Positions 16,066 through 25,933 of a stretch of 64,000 bases of DNA are shown here, piece after piece. Each line of letters begins with the position of its first letter. The stretch's first letter is position 1. The notes below the pieces were generated by a model that was given only the letters and a program-made list of their open reading frames with translations, did not search any database and was not told where the DNA came from. A program made the translations under genes and the position numbers. The DNA is taken from IMG/VR virus record IMGVR_UViG_3300046170_000371, positions 23,160 through 87,159 of that record. The stretch is one strand, 5' to 3'. The stretch is from a virus.

Positions 16066-19000
16066 CCGCTGCTTTCTTCTTCTTCTTCTTCTTCTTCTGT
16101 CTCTTCCGGCACTTCATAGTTGCCGTGATAGATGGTGCCACCGTCAGGCATATAGAAGGTTTCACCGTTCATATCGTGCGTGTGGTGGTCATCAACTGAA
16201 CTTGCGGCATTAGCAGCAGCTGCTGTGTAATACAGAGGATAGTAGCCATCAAGAGCGAATGGTTCTGCGGCATTAACTGCGGCAAGCACCGTTGCTGTTA
16301 AGCGGTCGGTCTCTTCTGCTGTCAGTGTTGCTCCACCCATCAAGCGATAGAAGCTAGATGCGATTGAAGTGCGACGAGCGTTGACATTCTGTGGGAAAGC
16401 AGCGAAAGCAGCAGCAATATCTTGCGACATCTGTACGTGCTTAGGGTCATTTGCATTAAGAGCAGTGAACTCTTTAATTGCAAAGAACTCTTCACCGTTG
16501 CGACCAGTAGAGCACCACTCGTTGTTACTGTTTTCAAGCGTGATGGTGTCAGTACCGTTGGTTGAAACGAAAGTACCCACCCCTGATTTCTCAGGGCCGA
16601 CTACCTTCAGTCCTGCTTCTGTCCAATCACCAGTAGTGTTGGTAAGAGTAATAGTTGGACCTGCGGGGTCAGCGTCTTCAGTTAGTTCACCTGTTGGGAA
16701 GAATTCACCAGCCATAGCATCTTTAGCAATAGCGATGTAGATGTATTTATTACCTGATACTTCGAGGTCGCTCTTACCGTCACCAAGGTCAAACTTCCAA
16801 CCGTCAGAAGTGAAGTAAAAATACTGGCGCGAGTAGTTTTCTCCATCGCCTTCCTTATCTGCTTCGTCAGCAGCCAATGTAGGATCATTTGCGCCTTGAG
16901 TGACTCCTCGTGTTGAGTCAAACATCCGCCAAGCACCTCCATCAGTTGTATTCTTGATCATCACAAACTCGGGCTCGAAACCCACACCGGTAACTTCACC
17001 ACCACTGTCGCCTGTATATGTACCACATTTAATCTTGCCAGGTGTGTCAGCAAACAAATAGGCGACATATTCTTCACCATCTGCATTTGTTTGATTAGCT
17101 TGACCAACAGTAAACTCATCGGCAGTTGGTTCAGTACTGTTCCAGTATGTACCATCATTTGTAAATTCACTGTTGGTATTAAGTCTTCCGTAGTAACTTG
17201 CTCCAAGAGATTTATGATAAACCGTCCAAGACGTACTACCACTTGAATAGTTTTTGACAAGCATCATGCCCGGTTCTGTTGAGAGCTGATGACTTACACT
17301 TTGTGCGGGTGCATTATTGCCAACATAAGTAACAACATCGAAGAAGCCTGGCGCTGCTTTAAAATTCCAGGCAACGTAATTTAAACCACTACTATTAGTA
17401 GGTCCGCTGTTTCCTGTAGTAAACCCAGTATCATCAAAACCTTTGCGATGCGCCGAATTACTCCAACCATTATTACTAAGGTTGGTGTACATTCCAAGGT
17501 TTTGGATTGTATTCATTAACACGTGATTTTCCACACCACTTCTGCACTTAATCCAAACCGCACTTCTTACAGTGTTATCAATACCTGTTGTAATTTTGTG
17601 ATCTGCACCAGTACCGCTGTAAACCGTGGTGCTAAACGCAGGAGTCTCAGCACCAAATGTGCTTGTTGCATTTTCACCTTGTACTGTGTCACCAGCCTTA
17701 AAGTTGTTTAAGTCTTGAGCGTCGGTAAGGGTAAGGGTTGTTGAGGCGTCATTACCTGTGGCTGAATACATCACACGGTCAGTTTTATTAGTTGCAACTG
17801 CAACAAACTTACTGTCTCCGTACGCTACTGAAAACCAACTATTATTTCCTGATGGTGTTCCTGCATTCCACTTAATACCGTCATCCGAATACATCGTTCC
17901 ACCGGAACCAACTGCTACGAACCTACCGTTTCCGTAGGTAACACGAGTCCAAGATAATTTACCTCCGGGTGTTGGGTCTGCTGAGTACCAAGTGATGGCA
18001 TCAGTAGACCACATTGCCTGGTAATCTCCGTCGGCTGCAACAGCAACAAACTTTCCGTTTCCGTAGGCTATGCTATAAAAAGCATTTAATTCTGGTACAT
18101 CAACATAAGTCCAACTATTACCTTTGTCAGTTGAATACATCACACGTCGGTCGCCACCGGCGGCAACGGCAACAAACTTTCCGTCGGCGTAGATTAGATC
18201 TTGCCAACTATTAGTGTCAACTACAGGACCTGAAGACCAACTAGCACCATTATTAGTTGACTTCATAGTAAGTCCATCAGAGTAAGCAAGTGCTAAAAAC
18301 ACACCTTCTCCGAAAGCAACACAACCCCACCGCCCTGAGGTATTTGCTGCAGCTTTTTCAAGCCAAAGAGTACCGTTACTGCTATACATTGTGCGATTAG
18401 AACCAGTGTTTGCAACTGCTACAAACGTATTGTTTCCGTAGGCTAATGAATACCAGCCTTCCAAGGGACATGTCACTGGAGTCCAATCAGTACCGTTAAT
18501 TGAATACATTGATCGCTGGTCACCACCGCTTCCAACTGCTACAAATCTCCCGCCGGCATAAACTATTGCTCGCCAGTCTCCTGAATCTTGTTTTAATGAA
18601 GTCCAACCACCAGGTACATCAACAACAGTATCAATCGCACTAGATTCTGGGGTGTAACTAGCAACAGCGCCAGTATCATCAACCATTACTAATGCATCGT
18701 TAGCAATAAAAGTATCAAGATTAAGAGAGCTAGAAACTGTTAGTTCAGTTTCAGTTGTTGCTGTGATTGGTCCAGCAGCTCCTTCAGGATTAGGCAGTTG
18801 TGGAAGCAACGCATTGCTTTCCTTGACTGAGGTACCAGCAGTATTCTCAGCTTTAACGATGGCAGAAACTGCAGTACCCATTGGTAAGTCAGTATCAGGG
18901 TCATTGCCAGTTGAGAACAAGCTTGGGAACTTAATGCTGTAATCTTTATTACTTACATTGACGAAGCCTGGGTCACTAGCTTGAATGCCAATGACTTGCG

Positions 19001-22000
19001 CTTTATCAGAAATGATTTGGAGTTTTGCATATGCTTCATTTTGAGTTCCTGTTACAGGAATAACAGGTGCAATGCTAAAAGCAGTATCGCTATTGTTATC
19101 AGCAATCCAACGACCAGATACATTTGATAGTTCAATCTCAGTACCAGTAATTTGACTGATAGTACCTTCTGCTGTATTCGTAGGACCTTCAACAACAGTT
19201 CCGATTTGCTCTGTCCAATCTCCAGAGACATTGGTGAGTGTCATTGAATTGTTATCTACATCAACCTCATCAACGATTGCGGTTGCTGCGAATTCACCAG
19301 CCATAGCGTCTTCTGCAATGGCGACGTAGATGTATTCACCATTAGTTCCATTGAAAGAAGCATTTGAGCTTTTTACTGTGAAGCCAGTTGGAGTCCAAGC
19401 AAAATAATCACTCCAAGGGTTTGTGTAATAATCAGAATCACCTTGATTGCTATTTGGAACTAAACCATTGATATTTCTTTCTCTATCAAAAATCATCCAA
19501 TCTGAGCTGGAGAATTTAGCACTCTTGAACATTACCCAACCGGGTTTGAAACCAACGTCAACAGTAGTGTCAGTTGAACCTTGCCCTATGTACTGACCGC
19601 ACTTAATCCTGCCAGGCGTGTCAGCAAATAAATAGGCGACATATTCTTCATTGGCATAATTTACTCGGTCAGTATCACCAACAGAAAACGTTTTGGCGTT
19701 CATGTCCATAGTTGGGTTACCGGTTGTTGCCCAATATGACTCCGGTCCCGACTTGCTGAGAGTGCTATTTAATATTAAAGCGTATTGATAAGTGAAACCT
19801 GAGTCTTTATGCCATACTGCCCACGGGGAAGTTGAAGTAGTAGATTTAACTATAATACAGCCAGGGGTTGAATTTAAGTTGTGTGGAATATTTGCGTAGT
19901 CATTCGTTCCTTCCCACGTAACAATATCCATGAAGCCTGGCGCTGCACGGAAGTTCCAACCAACATAGGTTAGTCCTGAAGTATTTACTCTTCCATTAGT
20001 CCCAAGGGTAAATCCTTGGCTATCAAAAGATAGTAAGGTATTGCCTCTGCTCGTGCTTGCTTCGGTAATTTCTGAAGATAGAGCCTGTAATGGACCTCTC
20101 AAGGTGTCGTATAGAAAATGTCCAAAATTACCTTCTCTATTTTTGATCCAAACTAAAGCCTTGGCGGTATTATCTATTCCATTGTTTACCGGGGTTTCTG
20201 CACTGTTGCCGTTCCAAAGCGTAGTGGCAAACGCAGGAGATAAAGCAAATGTTGCTGATGTATCAGAACCTTCAATTGCATCACCTGGCTTGAAATACTG
20301 CAGGTCATCATTTGATGCTTCAAAAGCTAGTTCGGTTTGAGAATTACCACCTGGACCTTCTGCAATGGCGACGTAGATGTACTCGCCATTAAGTTCGTTA
20401 GGTGTACCTGCATCATAAATAGTGAACCCTGTGTCGGTTAGTTCAACTTTAGAAGTAACAGCTTCAGCCTTGGGGTCATTGGCAAGCAGTGTTGCAATGT
20501 CTGTGCTGGCATTCCCGTTAGGTCTCGCCGTATCCCATATCATCCAGCTGCTTGACGAATCAACTCTCTTGTACAAGACCCAGCCCGGCTTGAATCCAAC
20601 ATCTATTGACACCTGCGAACCAGTACCATTAAACAAACCGCACTTAATACCAGCATCGGGGTTGTCTGCAAACAAGTAAGCGACATATTCTACGTTTACC
20701 TTGTTTGAGCTAGGCGCTGAAGCATAAACGGAGAAATATGTATCTGTTTGCTCTGCACTAGGTGCAAATTCAGAGTATCTGCCAAATGCTTGATTCATAT
20801 TTAAAAATCCGTTTTCTGATTGAACACCATCATCATTTGCCGCATCTTTATGCCACACACACCATTCACCCGAGGCACTGGAGGACTTGCAAATAATCAC
20901 GCCAGGAGCTGAATTCAATTGATGTGGTATCTGTCTATTTAAACCAGTATTCCCATCGCCTGTATAGGTAACAACATCCATGAAGCCTGCGCCTGCTTTA
21001 AAGTTCCAGGCGACGTAATTATTGCCTGAGATATTTGTCCCACTAAAGCCATTCAGCAATTCAAACCCATCTTGTTGGGGAGCCAAAAAGCCTGTGTTGT
21101 TCTCAGCTTTGTCGCTATTGTTGCTTATCAAGTAAGTAGAATGATCTGAAGAACTTAAATGGTGATTGATACTGCTACCATCTCTATTCTTTATCCAAAG
21201 TAGAGTGTCAGCAGTGTTATCAATACCAGTAGTAATTGTTTGAGCAGAGCTATTACCTGAATAAAGCGTAGAGCTAAACCCACCGATAGGCGGGGTTACA
21301 GTAACACTTGCGATATTAGTTGTAGTTGGAGTGTAAGAAGCAGGCTCAAATTCCCCGCTGCCATCTTGCTTGACTGTGCCATCTGTCATGAAGACATCGC
21401 CAGTCAGTTTATCTAAATCTTTTTCAGTAGCAACTGTCAGTTGTGTACCAGCAATGTCACCAACTTCTTCTGCAATAGCGACGAAGATGCAATTTATAGA
21501 AGAACCACCGAGACCTTCATTGTGAGCGAAGCCTGTATCTGTAGACCAAATTCTTAAATCTTGTGTCTCTGCGCTATCTGTGTTTGCATTTAAGCCTGGC
21601 TGATTACTACTATTATTTGCCAGCCCTCGGGTTAAATCAAAGATGTTCCAATTAGCAGCGGTACCGCTATTTGAGTTAGAGGCTTTCCAAAGAACCCAAC
21701 CAGCTTTGAATCCACAGTCCACTTCAATCGTTTCGCTGACGCCTGCTCCACCGGTAAACGTACCGCACTTAATACCAGCGTCGGGGTTGTCAGCAAACAG
21801 GTAGGCGATGTAATCTGTATCTAAATTGTTAGTAGTGTTTTTTGTACCAACACTAAATACAGTGTCAGTAGGTTCTTGATGCCATCGCGATGGATTAGTT
21901 TTGGCTTCATCGGTTTTATTAAGACAAATATATTGGGTATAGCCTAAGTCTTTGTGATAGACCTCCCAATCCATGCCTGCTGCATTCCGTGCTTTTACAA

Positions 22001-23120
22001 TGATGACCCCTGGCGCTGTGCCTAAACTATGAGGCACATCTTGGGGAATATCAGTGCCGCCCGCGCCCGGTGGATGGCTACCTACGTATTCAACAATATC
22101 GAAGAAACCTGTACCTGCTTGAAAGTTCCAGGCGGCAAAGTCAACTGTATTGTTGCCTCCATTAGTCCAACCTGATCTATTACCAAGAACAGCACCTTCG
22201 TCAGTAAAAGATTCAACATCTTGCGAAGAAGCACTGAGATTATAGACTTCTGCGTTAGTATTATGCGTACTAAGATTATATTCATTTCCTCTGACTGTAT
22301 CTACTAAAGCGTGACCATAGGTAGAAGTTCTTGCTTTAAACCACATCAATGATTTGGCAGTGTTATCAATACCAGTTTTAAGAACTTGAGTGGCAGCATT
22401 GCCTGTATAAAGCGTGGTACTAAATCCACCACCAGGTACTTCAATATTTTCTACATCAGTAATCGTATCTGAGTTGACTGCAAAATCAAATGTAGTTCCA
22501 GAGAGTTTAGCTTTTACCGCATAGGTGGGGTCTGGTTTCCCATCTAATGCCATTACTGTTGTATATGGGAACTCTTTACCTGTATAACGATTTGCACCAT
22601 CATAAATTTCAGTTAGTACTACTTCATTAATAACAGGAGCAACTTCAACAGATGTTACGGGACCACTAAAACCAGTATTACTTGCCGTTGTACCAAGAGC
22701 ATCTGTTGTTGTACAAGTACAGCCAATAAATTTACCAATGTCTGATTCTGGCACACTATATGTTGATGCCTGTTGTCCAACAATATCTACTAAATTTGTA
22801 CCAATTAAGTCATCGGCATAATGCCACTGATATGTGAATGGATAGCCACCATCTGGTTCTTTACCACCAGTTACAACAGGCTGAGCTGTAGCTGCTTCAT
22901 TAATAAGCGGAGGGTTAGGAGAAACAACGACTGTAATTTCTAATGGGTCAATGACTGAATTAATGAAATCAGCACCAGTAATCTTGTAGGTAGAGTCACT
23001 GCGATTTACCAAGAGGTAATCAGTTGTTTCAAGGGTAGCCATTAGTGTGTCCGTGGTTTGTGTATAAGTCGTGTCAGTACGATTGACGAGAAATTCATCA
23101 GTCGGTTGTAGTTCAGCCAT
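16059..23120 (-). CDS. Giant tail fibre/receptor-binding protein (2353 aa) with four ~300-aa repeats and a beta-propeller-like segment
   Basis: Repeated FSTTLYxGN..GIDNT..WIK..AWNFxA.xGFxDxV..YxAYLFAD.P..IKCG..YIYxAIA; W..xAYGNGxFVAV repeats. Confidence 0.85.
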   Translation of the reverse strand: MAELQPTDEFLVNRTDTTYTQTTDTLMATLETTDYLLVNRSDSTYKITGADFINSVIDPLEITVVVSPNPPLINEAATAQPVVTGGKEPDGGYPFTYQWHYADDLIGTNLVDIVGQQASTYSVPESDIGKFIGCTCTTTDALGTTASNTGFSGPVTSVEVAPVINEVVLTEIYDGANRYTGKEFPYTTVMALDGKPDPTYAVKAKLSGTTFDFAVNSDTITDVENIEVPGGGFSTTLYTGNAATQVLKTGIDNTAKSLMWFKARTSTYGHALVDTVRGNEYNLSTHNTNAEVYNLSASSQDVESFTDEGAVLGNRSGWTNGGNNTVDFAAWNFQAGTGFFDIVEYVGSHPPGAGGTDIPQDVPHSLGTAPGVIIVKARNAAGMDWEVYHKDLGYTQYICLNKTDEAKTNPSRWHQEPTDTVFSVGTKNTTNNLDTDYIAYLFADNPDAGIKCGTFTGGAGVSETIEVDCGFKAGWVLWKASNSNSGTAANWNIFDLTRGLANNSSNQPGLNANTDSAETQDLRIWSTDTGFAHNEGLGGSSINCIFVAIAEEVGDIAGTQLTVATEKDLDKLTGDVFMTDGTVKQDGSGEFEPASYTPTTTNIASVTVTPPIGGFSSTLYSGNSSAQTITTGIDNTADTLLWIKNRDGSSINHHLSSSDHSTYLISNNSDKAENNTGFLAPQQDGFELLNGFSGTNISGNNYVAWNFKAGAGFMDVVTYTGDGNTGLNRQIPHQLNSAPGVIICKSSSASGEWCVWHKDAANDDGVQSENGFLNMNQAFGRYSEFAPSAEQTDTYFSVYASAPSSNKVNVEYVAYLFADNPDAGIKCGLFNGTGSQVSIDVGFKPGWVLYKRVDSSSSWMIWDTARPNGNASTDIATLLANDPKAEAVTSKVELTDTGFTIYDAGTPNELNGEYIYVAIAEGPGGNSQTELAFEASNDDLQYFKPGDAIEGSDTSATFALSPAFATTLWNGNSAETPVNNGIDNTAKALVWIKNREGNFGHFLYDTLRGPLQALSSEITEASTSRGNTLLSFDSQGFTLGTNGRVNTSGLTYVGWNFRAAPGFMDIVTWEGTNDYANIPHNLNSTPGCIIVKSTTSTSPWAVWHKDSGFTYQYALILNSTLSKSGPESYWATTGNPTMDMNAKTFSVGDTDRVNYANEEYVAYLFADTPGRIKCGQYIGQGSTDTTVDVGFKPGWVMFKSAKFSSSDWMIFDRERNINGLVPNSNQGDSDYYTNPWSDYFAWTPTGFTVKSSNASFNGTNGEYIYVAIAEDAMAGEFAATAIVDEVDVDNNSMTLTNVSGDWTEQIGTVVEGPTNTAEGTISQITGTEIELSNVSGRWIADNNSDTAFSIAPVIPVTGTQNEAYAKLQIISDKAQVIGIQASDPGFVNVSNKDYSIKFPSLFSTGNDPDTDLPMGTAVSAIVKAENTAGTSVKESNALLPQLPNPEGAAGPITATTETELTVSSSLNLDTFIANDALVMVDDTGAVASYTPESSAIDTVVDVPGGWTSLKQDSGDWRAIVYAGGRFVAVGSGGDQRSMYSINGTDWTPVTCPLEGWYSLAYGNNTFVAVANTGSNRTMYSSNGTLWLEKAAANTSGRWGCVAFGEGVFLALAYSDGLTMKSTNNGASWSSGPVVDTNSWQDLIYADGKFVAVAAGGDRRVMYSTDKGNSWTYVDVPELNAFYSIAYGNGKFVAVAADGDYQAMWSTDAITWYSADPTPGGKLSWTRVTYGNGRFVAVGSGGTMYSDDGIKWNAGTPSGNNSWFSVAYGDSKFVAVATNKTDRVMYSATGNDASTTLTLTDAQDLNNFKAGDTVQGENATSTFGAETPAFSTTVYSGTGADHKITTGIDNTVRSAVWIKCRSGVENHVLMNTIQNLGMYTNLSNNGWSNSAHRKGFDDTGFTTGNSGPTNSSGLNYVAWNFKAAPGFFDVVTYVGNNAPAQSVSHQLSTEPGMMLVKNYSSGSTSWTVYHKSLGASYYGRLNTNSEFTNDGTYWNSTEPTADEFTVGQANQTNADGEEYVAYLFADTPGKIKCGTYTGDSGGEVTGVGFEPEFVMIKNTTDGGAWRMFDSTRGVTQGANDPTLAADEADKEGDGENYSRQYFYFTSDGWKFDLGDGKSDLEVSGNKYIYIAIAKDAMAGEFFPTGELTEDADPAGPTITLTNTTGDWTEAGLKVVGPEKSGVGTFVSTNGTDTITLENSNNEWCSTGRNGEEFFAIKEFTALNANDPKHVQMSQDIAAAFAAFPQNVNARRTSIASSFYRLMGGATLTAEETDRLTATVLAAVNAAEPFALDGYYPLYYTAAAANAASSVDDHHTHDMNGETFYMPDGGTIYHGNYEVPEETEEEEEEEESSGY

Positions 23121-23132
23121 TGTTATCTCCTA

Positions 23133-23465
23133 TCAAACGAGGGTAGGAATGGCAGACCAGTCGTCTCCAATCCGTACGCCTTCTGTTTCTACTGCGATGC
23201 CGTATCCGGGATATGCCTTTACTGCGAGGTTAAAAGTGTTGTCGCCGTTATCAATTTGAGTTAAGCCGTCGCCAGCACCGCCGCCACCGCCTGGAGCACC
23301 AGCACCAGCGATACGAACGATATTGTCACCAGCGTCTTTGATAAACAGTACGGGGTCGGTCTCACTGTAGTTAACAGCAAGTTCACCGTATTCCATCTGC
23401 GCTGCGGTTGGTTCTTTTGCCTGACCACCGTCCAGCACATTACTGCGCTTTAGTTGAATTTTCAT
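23133..23465 (-). CDS. Tail fibre-associated protein
   Basis: MKIQLKRS...EYGELAVNY.ETDP.LFIKD N-terminal motif typical of fibre proteins. Confidence 0.65.
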   Translation of the reverse strand: MKIQLKRSNVLDGGQAKEPTAAQMEYGELAVNYSETDPVLFIKDAGDNIVRIAGAGAPGGGGGAGDGLTQIDNGDNTFNLAVKAYPGYGIAVETEGVRIGDDWSAIPTLV

Positions 23466-23528
23466 CTCTGCCTCGCTAAAAAGCTATACCACGAATAATA
23501 ATCCGTTGTATTTATTCTAGCGATTTAA

Positions 23529-23741
23529 TTAATATGTTCCGCCGTCAATTGCTTCAGAGTATGAGATTACTCCTGAGTCATCTTCAACAATAACGAATGT
23601 TCCTTCACGTCCAGGCTTAGCTAACTTACCTGCTTCTGCTTGAATAAAGTTAGAGAAATCTGCAACAGTAATTTTACGGTTACTTGAATCTGTAACTCTA
23701 TATAGAGGCAGGAGGTCTGTATTCTGTAGTGCCATAATCAA
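23529..23741 (-). CDS. Small structural protein
   Basis: 70 aa, ends IDGGTY; in the tail cluster. Confidence 0.55.
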   Translation of the reverse strand: MIMALQNTDLLPLYRVTDSSNRKITVADFSNFIQAEAGKLAKPGREGTFVIVEDDSGVISYSEAIDGGTY

Positions 23742-24724
23742 GCATCTCCGAAAGTGCTAAAGTCCTTAACTAAATAATAAGTATCTACATAACCAGGCGT
23801 GGCTGCTGTAGTAATAGATGTTGATTTAACAGAACCATTCTCTTGAAGTAGAACCGCACCTTTCTGTACAGTCGTTCCATCTTTGATTGATACAGTTGTT
23901 TCAGACTTGCCGAAGTCAGGGTCACCGTCTACTGCCGTATCATCTACTAACTCAGTAGTTACTTCAATCGGGTCTTCACCTTTCAGAGAAGACAAAGTGC
24001 TATCAGAAATATCTTCAAGCTCTTGATTGATGTTAATAATCTCTTGATTGATATTAGTAATGTTCTCAGTCAGGCTTCCTGTAAGACCTTGACCGTCACC
24101 AATGATGACTTCAATGCCATCAATATTGGTTTCAATTTCTACAATGTTGTCGTTAGATGCTTTCAGTAAACTGGCAGGGACTACAGCGTTGCCATTAGGT
24201 GAAGCAACTCCATCATTTGCTACAACATCTGATGCCACCGCAATAGAAGGAACTACACCAGAGCGAGTTGCCCTAGGTACTGACATTGTGGCATCTGTTG
24301 TTAATGCGTCGTATACAGAAATCTGTGGTGATTCTTCTACATTATCGTCAACTGAGATTGGCTGAATACCAATGATTTCTTCTACACCATGGTCTCCAGT
24401 ATCACTCTTAATTAAATCCCAGCTGTTAGAACCCCCATTCCAAATAGCACGGTCACCTTGTTCTACATTTTCACCTAGGATGTTAGCTACCCAAGTACCT
24501 GCTCCAGTAACAGGGTTGTTGTTGATGTAAAGGTCACCGTTCTGTACACCTGTGCCATCAAGGCTAGGGTCTTGACCGTTATCACGGAAGTCCCTAGAAC
24601 CTTTGTAGCTGATTGTTTCACCAGCAGCGATAAATTCTTTTAGCTTTTCTCCACTCAGTTTGTAATGCTTGTTAGCATCTGTTGGACGTTGAACAACAAA
24701 ATAGTCAGTATTTAATAGAGCCAT
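23738..24724 (-). CDS. Tail-associated structural protein
   Basis: 328 aa acidic, with a short coiled coil; in the tail cluster. Confidence 0.65.
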   Translation of the reverse strand: MALLNTDYFVVQRPTDANKHYKLSGEKLKEFIAAGETISYKGSRDFRDNGQDPSLDGTGVQNGDLYINNNPVTGAGTWVANILGENVEQGDRAIWNGGSNSWDLIKSDTGDHGVEEIIGIQPISVDDNVEESPQISVYDALTTDATMSVPRATRSGVVPSIAVASDVVANDGVASPNGNAVVPASLLKASNDNIVEIETNIDGIEVIIGDGQGLTGSLTENITNINQEIININQELEDISDSTLSSLKGEDPIEVTTELVDDTAVDGDPDFGKSETTVSIKDGTTVQKGAVLLQENGSVKSTSITTAATPGYVDTYYLVKDFSTFGDA

Positions 24725-24730
24725 GATTTC

Positions 24731-25333
24731 TTAAGGAGCAGGGGGGAGGCTATTGATGTCAAGTGTGACTTCGGTTAAGCCATCACGATCAGTTAATTCA
24801 ATAGGGTCAATTGAAGTAAAGGACTGAGTGGTCCCTCTACTATTATAGTCTTGTAGTGTTACATTTAAATTTTGACGGATGCTTTCTGGTACATCTTCTA
24901 GTCCGCCAAAAGCAAACGTTAGAACTGATGCATGGTCATTGACATCGTACAAAACAGTAACAGGGTTGCCTGATACTGATGTTAATAATGGTGGAATATC
25001 AAAGCCTTCAACTGATGCAAGGATGCGTTCAGAAGGAGCATCAATTTCAGGTGCCAGTGAAATGTCTAATGTAATTTCAACAGCGCTAGGTGTACCGTCT
25101 ACTACAAGTGGAATAGCACTAATCAGCAAGAATTCTGCTGTATCAGGTGGAGGTGGAATAATAATTCCATCGCCACAAGGTAATTCATCTGGTTCAGAAA
25201 CACGCCACGTTGGTGGACCTTGTGCAACGTTTGGATTGATGCACAGATAATAACGATTAAACCGAGAGACATAATCTCCTGGAGTTGGAATTACCGGGTT
25301 AGGCTCCCATACTTCTAGATTTAATTCGCTCAT
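24731..25333 (-). CDS. Structural hypothetical protein
   Basis: 200-aa ORF; TAAAATAG motif upstream. Confidence 0.6.
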   Translation of the reverse strand: MSELNLEVWEPNPVIPTPGDYVSRFNRYYLCINPNVAQGPPTWRVSEPDELPCGDGIIIPPPPDTAEFLLISAIPLVVDGTPSAVEITLDISLAPEIDAPSERILASVEGFDIPPLLTSVSGNPVTVLYDVNDHASVLTFAFGGLEDVPESIRQNLNVTLQDYNSRGTTQSFTSIDPIELTDRDGLTEVTLDINSLPPAP

Positions 25334-25484
25334 CTGACAGATGCTGTTTCTTCTATTTTACTCGTTTGTTGGAGGTGTATTATTTTTAGTCGTTTCATCC
25401 TCGCACTTTGCTTTTTTACAAATGCGTTTTGTTGGAGGACCATTACCAGTAGCATTGCTGGGTTTATAATCTCTATACTGACGA

Positions 25485-25721
25485 TTAAACTTGTTCATTC
25501 TTTAGCTCTCCATAATTACTTAAAAAGTCATGCATGTTTTTTTCCATCTGCTTTGCGATGACTGAATGAAGCAGGTGTTCATATCTCATAAATAACTTAG
25601 TAACATTCTTGAGGCTTTCTTGTAAGACCTTGACGTCTTCACATTGCTCTACCTCATCAAAGATAACTCGTTGCTTTAACTCAGCTTCTAGTGGTAAATC
25701 AAAATCAGATGCTTCAAACAT
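25485..25721 (-). CDS. Second, divergent NblA-like protein
   Basis: LPLEAELKQR....EVEQCEDV..LQ..L.....L.M.YE helix-loop-helix pattern resembles marine NblA. Confidence 0.5.
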   Translation of the reverse strand: MFEASDFDLPLEAELKQRVIFDEVEQCEDVKVLQESLKNVTKLFMRYEHLLHSVIAKQMEKNMHDFLSNYGELKNEQV

Positions 25722-25723
25722 AA

Positions 25724-25927
25724 CTATTCTTTTATAGAGGCTCCTGTTATTAATGCTAGCGTTGTTGCAATCATGACGTTGAATGTATTCTCATAACGCT
25801 CACCTATCTTTGGACAAGAAGATAGTCCGCCTGATTTAGCGCAATAATAAAAGCCCACCCCAAAGAGGCAGGCTTGAAAGGTAAAAATTCCCGCTAACAT
25901 CTGTAGTAGGAATTTTTGTTTATTCAT
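25724..25927 (-). CDS. Small two-TM protein
   Basis: Two hydrophobic helices with a Cys-containing loop. Confidence 0.55.
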   Translation of the reverse strand: MNKQKFLLQMLAGIFTFQACLFGVGFYYCAKSGGLSSCPKIGERYENTFNVMIATTLALITGASIKE

Positions 25928-25933
25928 TAGTTA

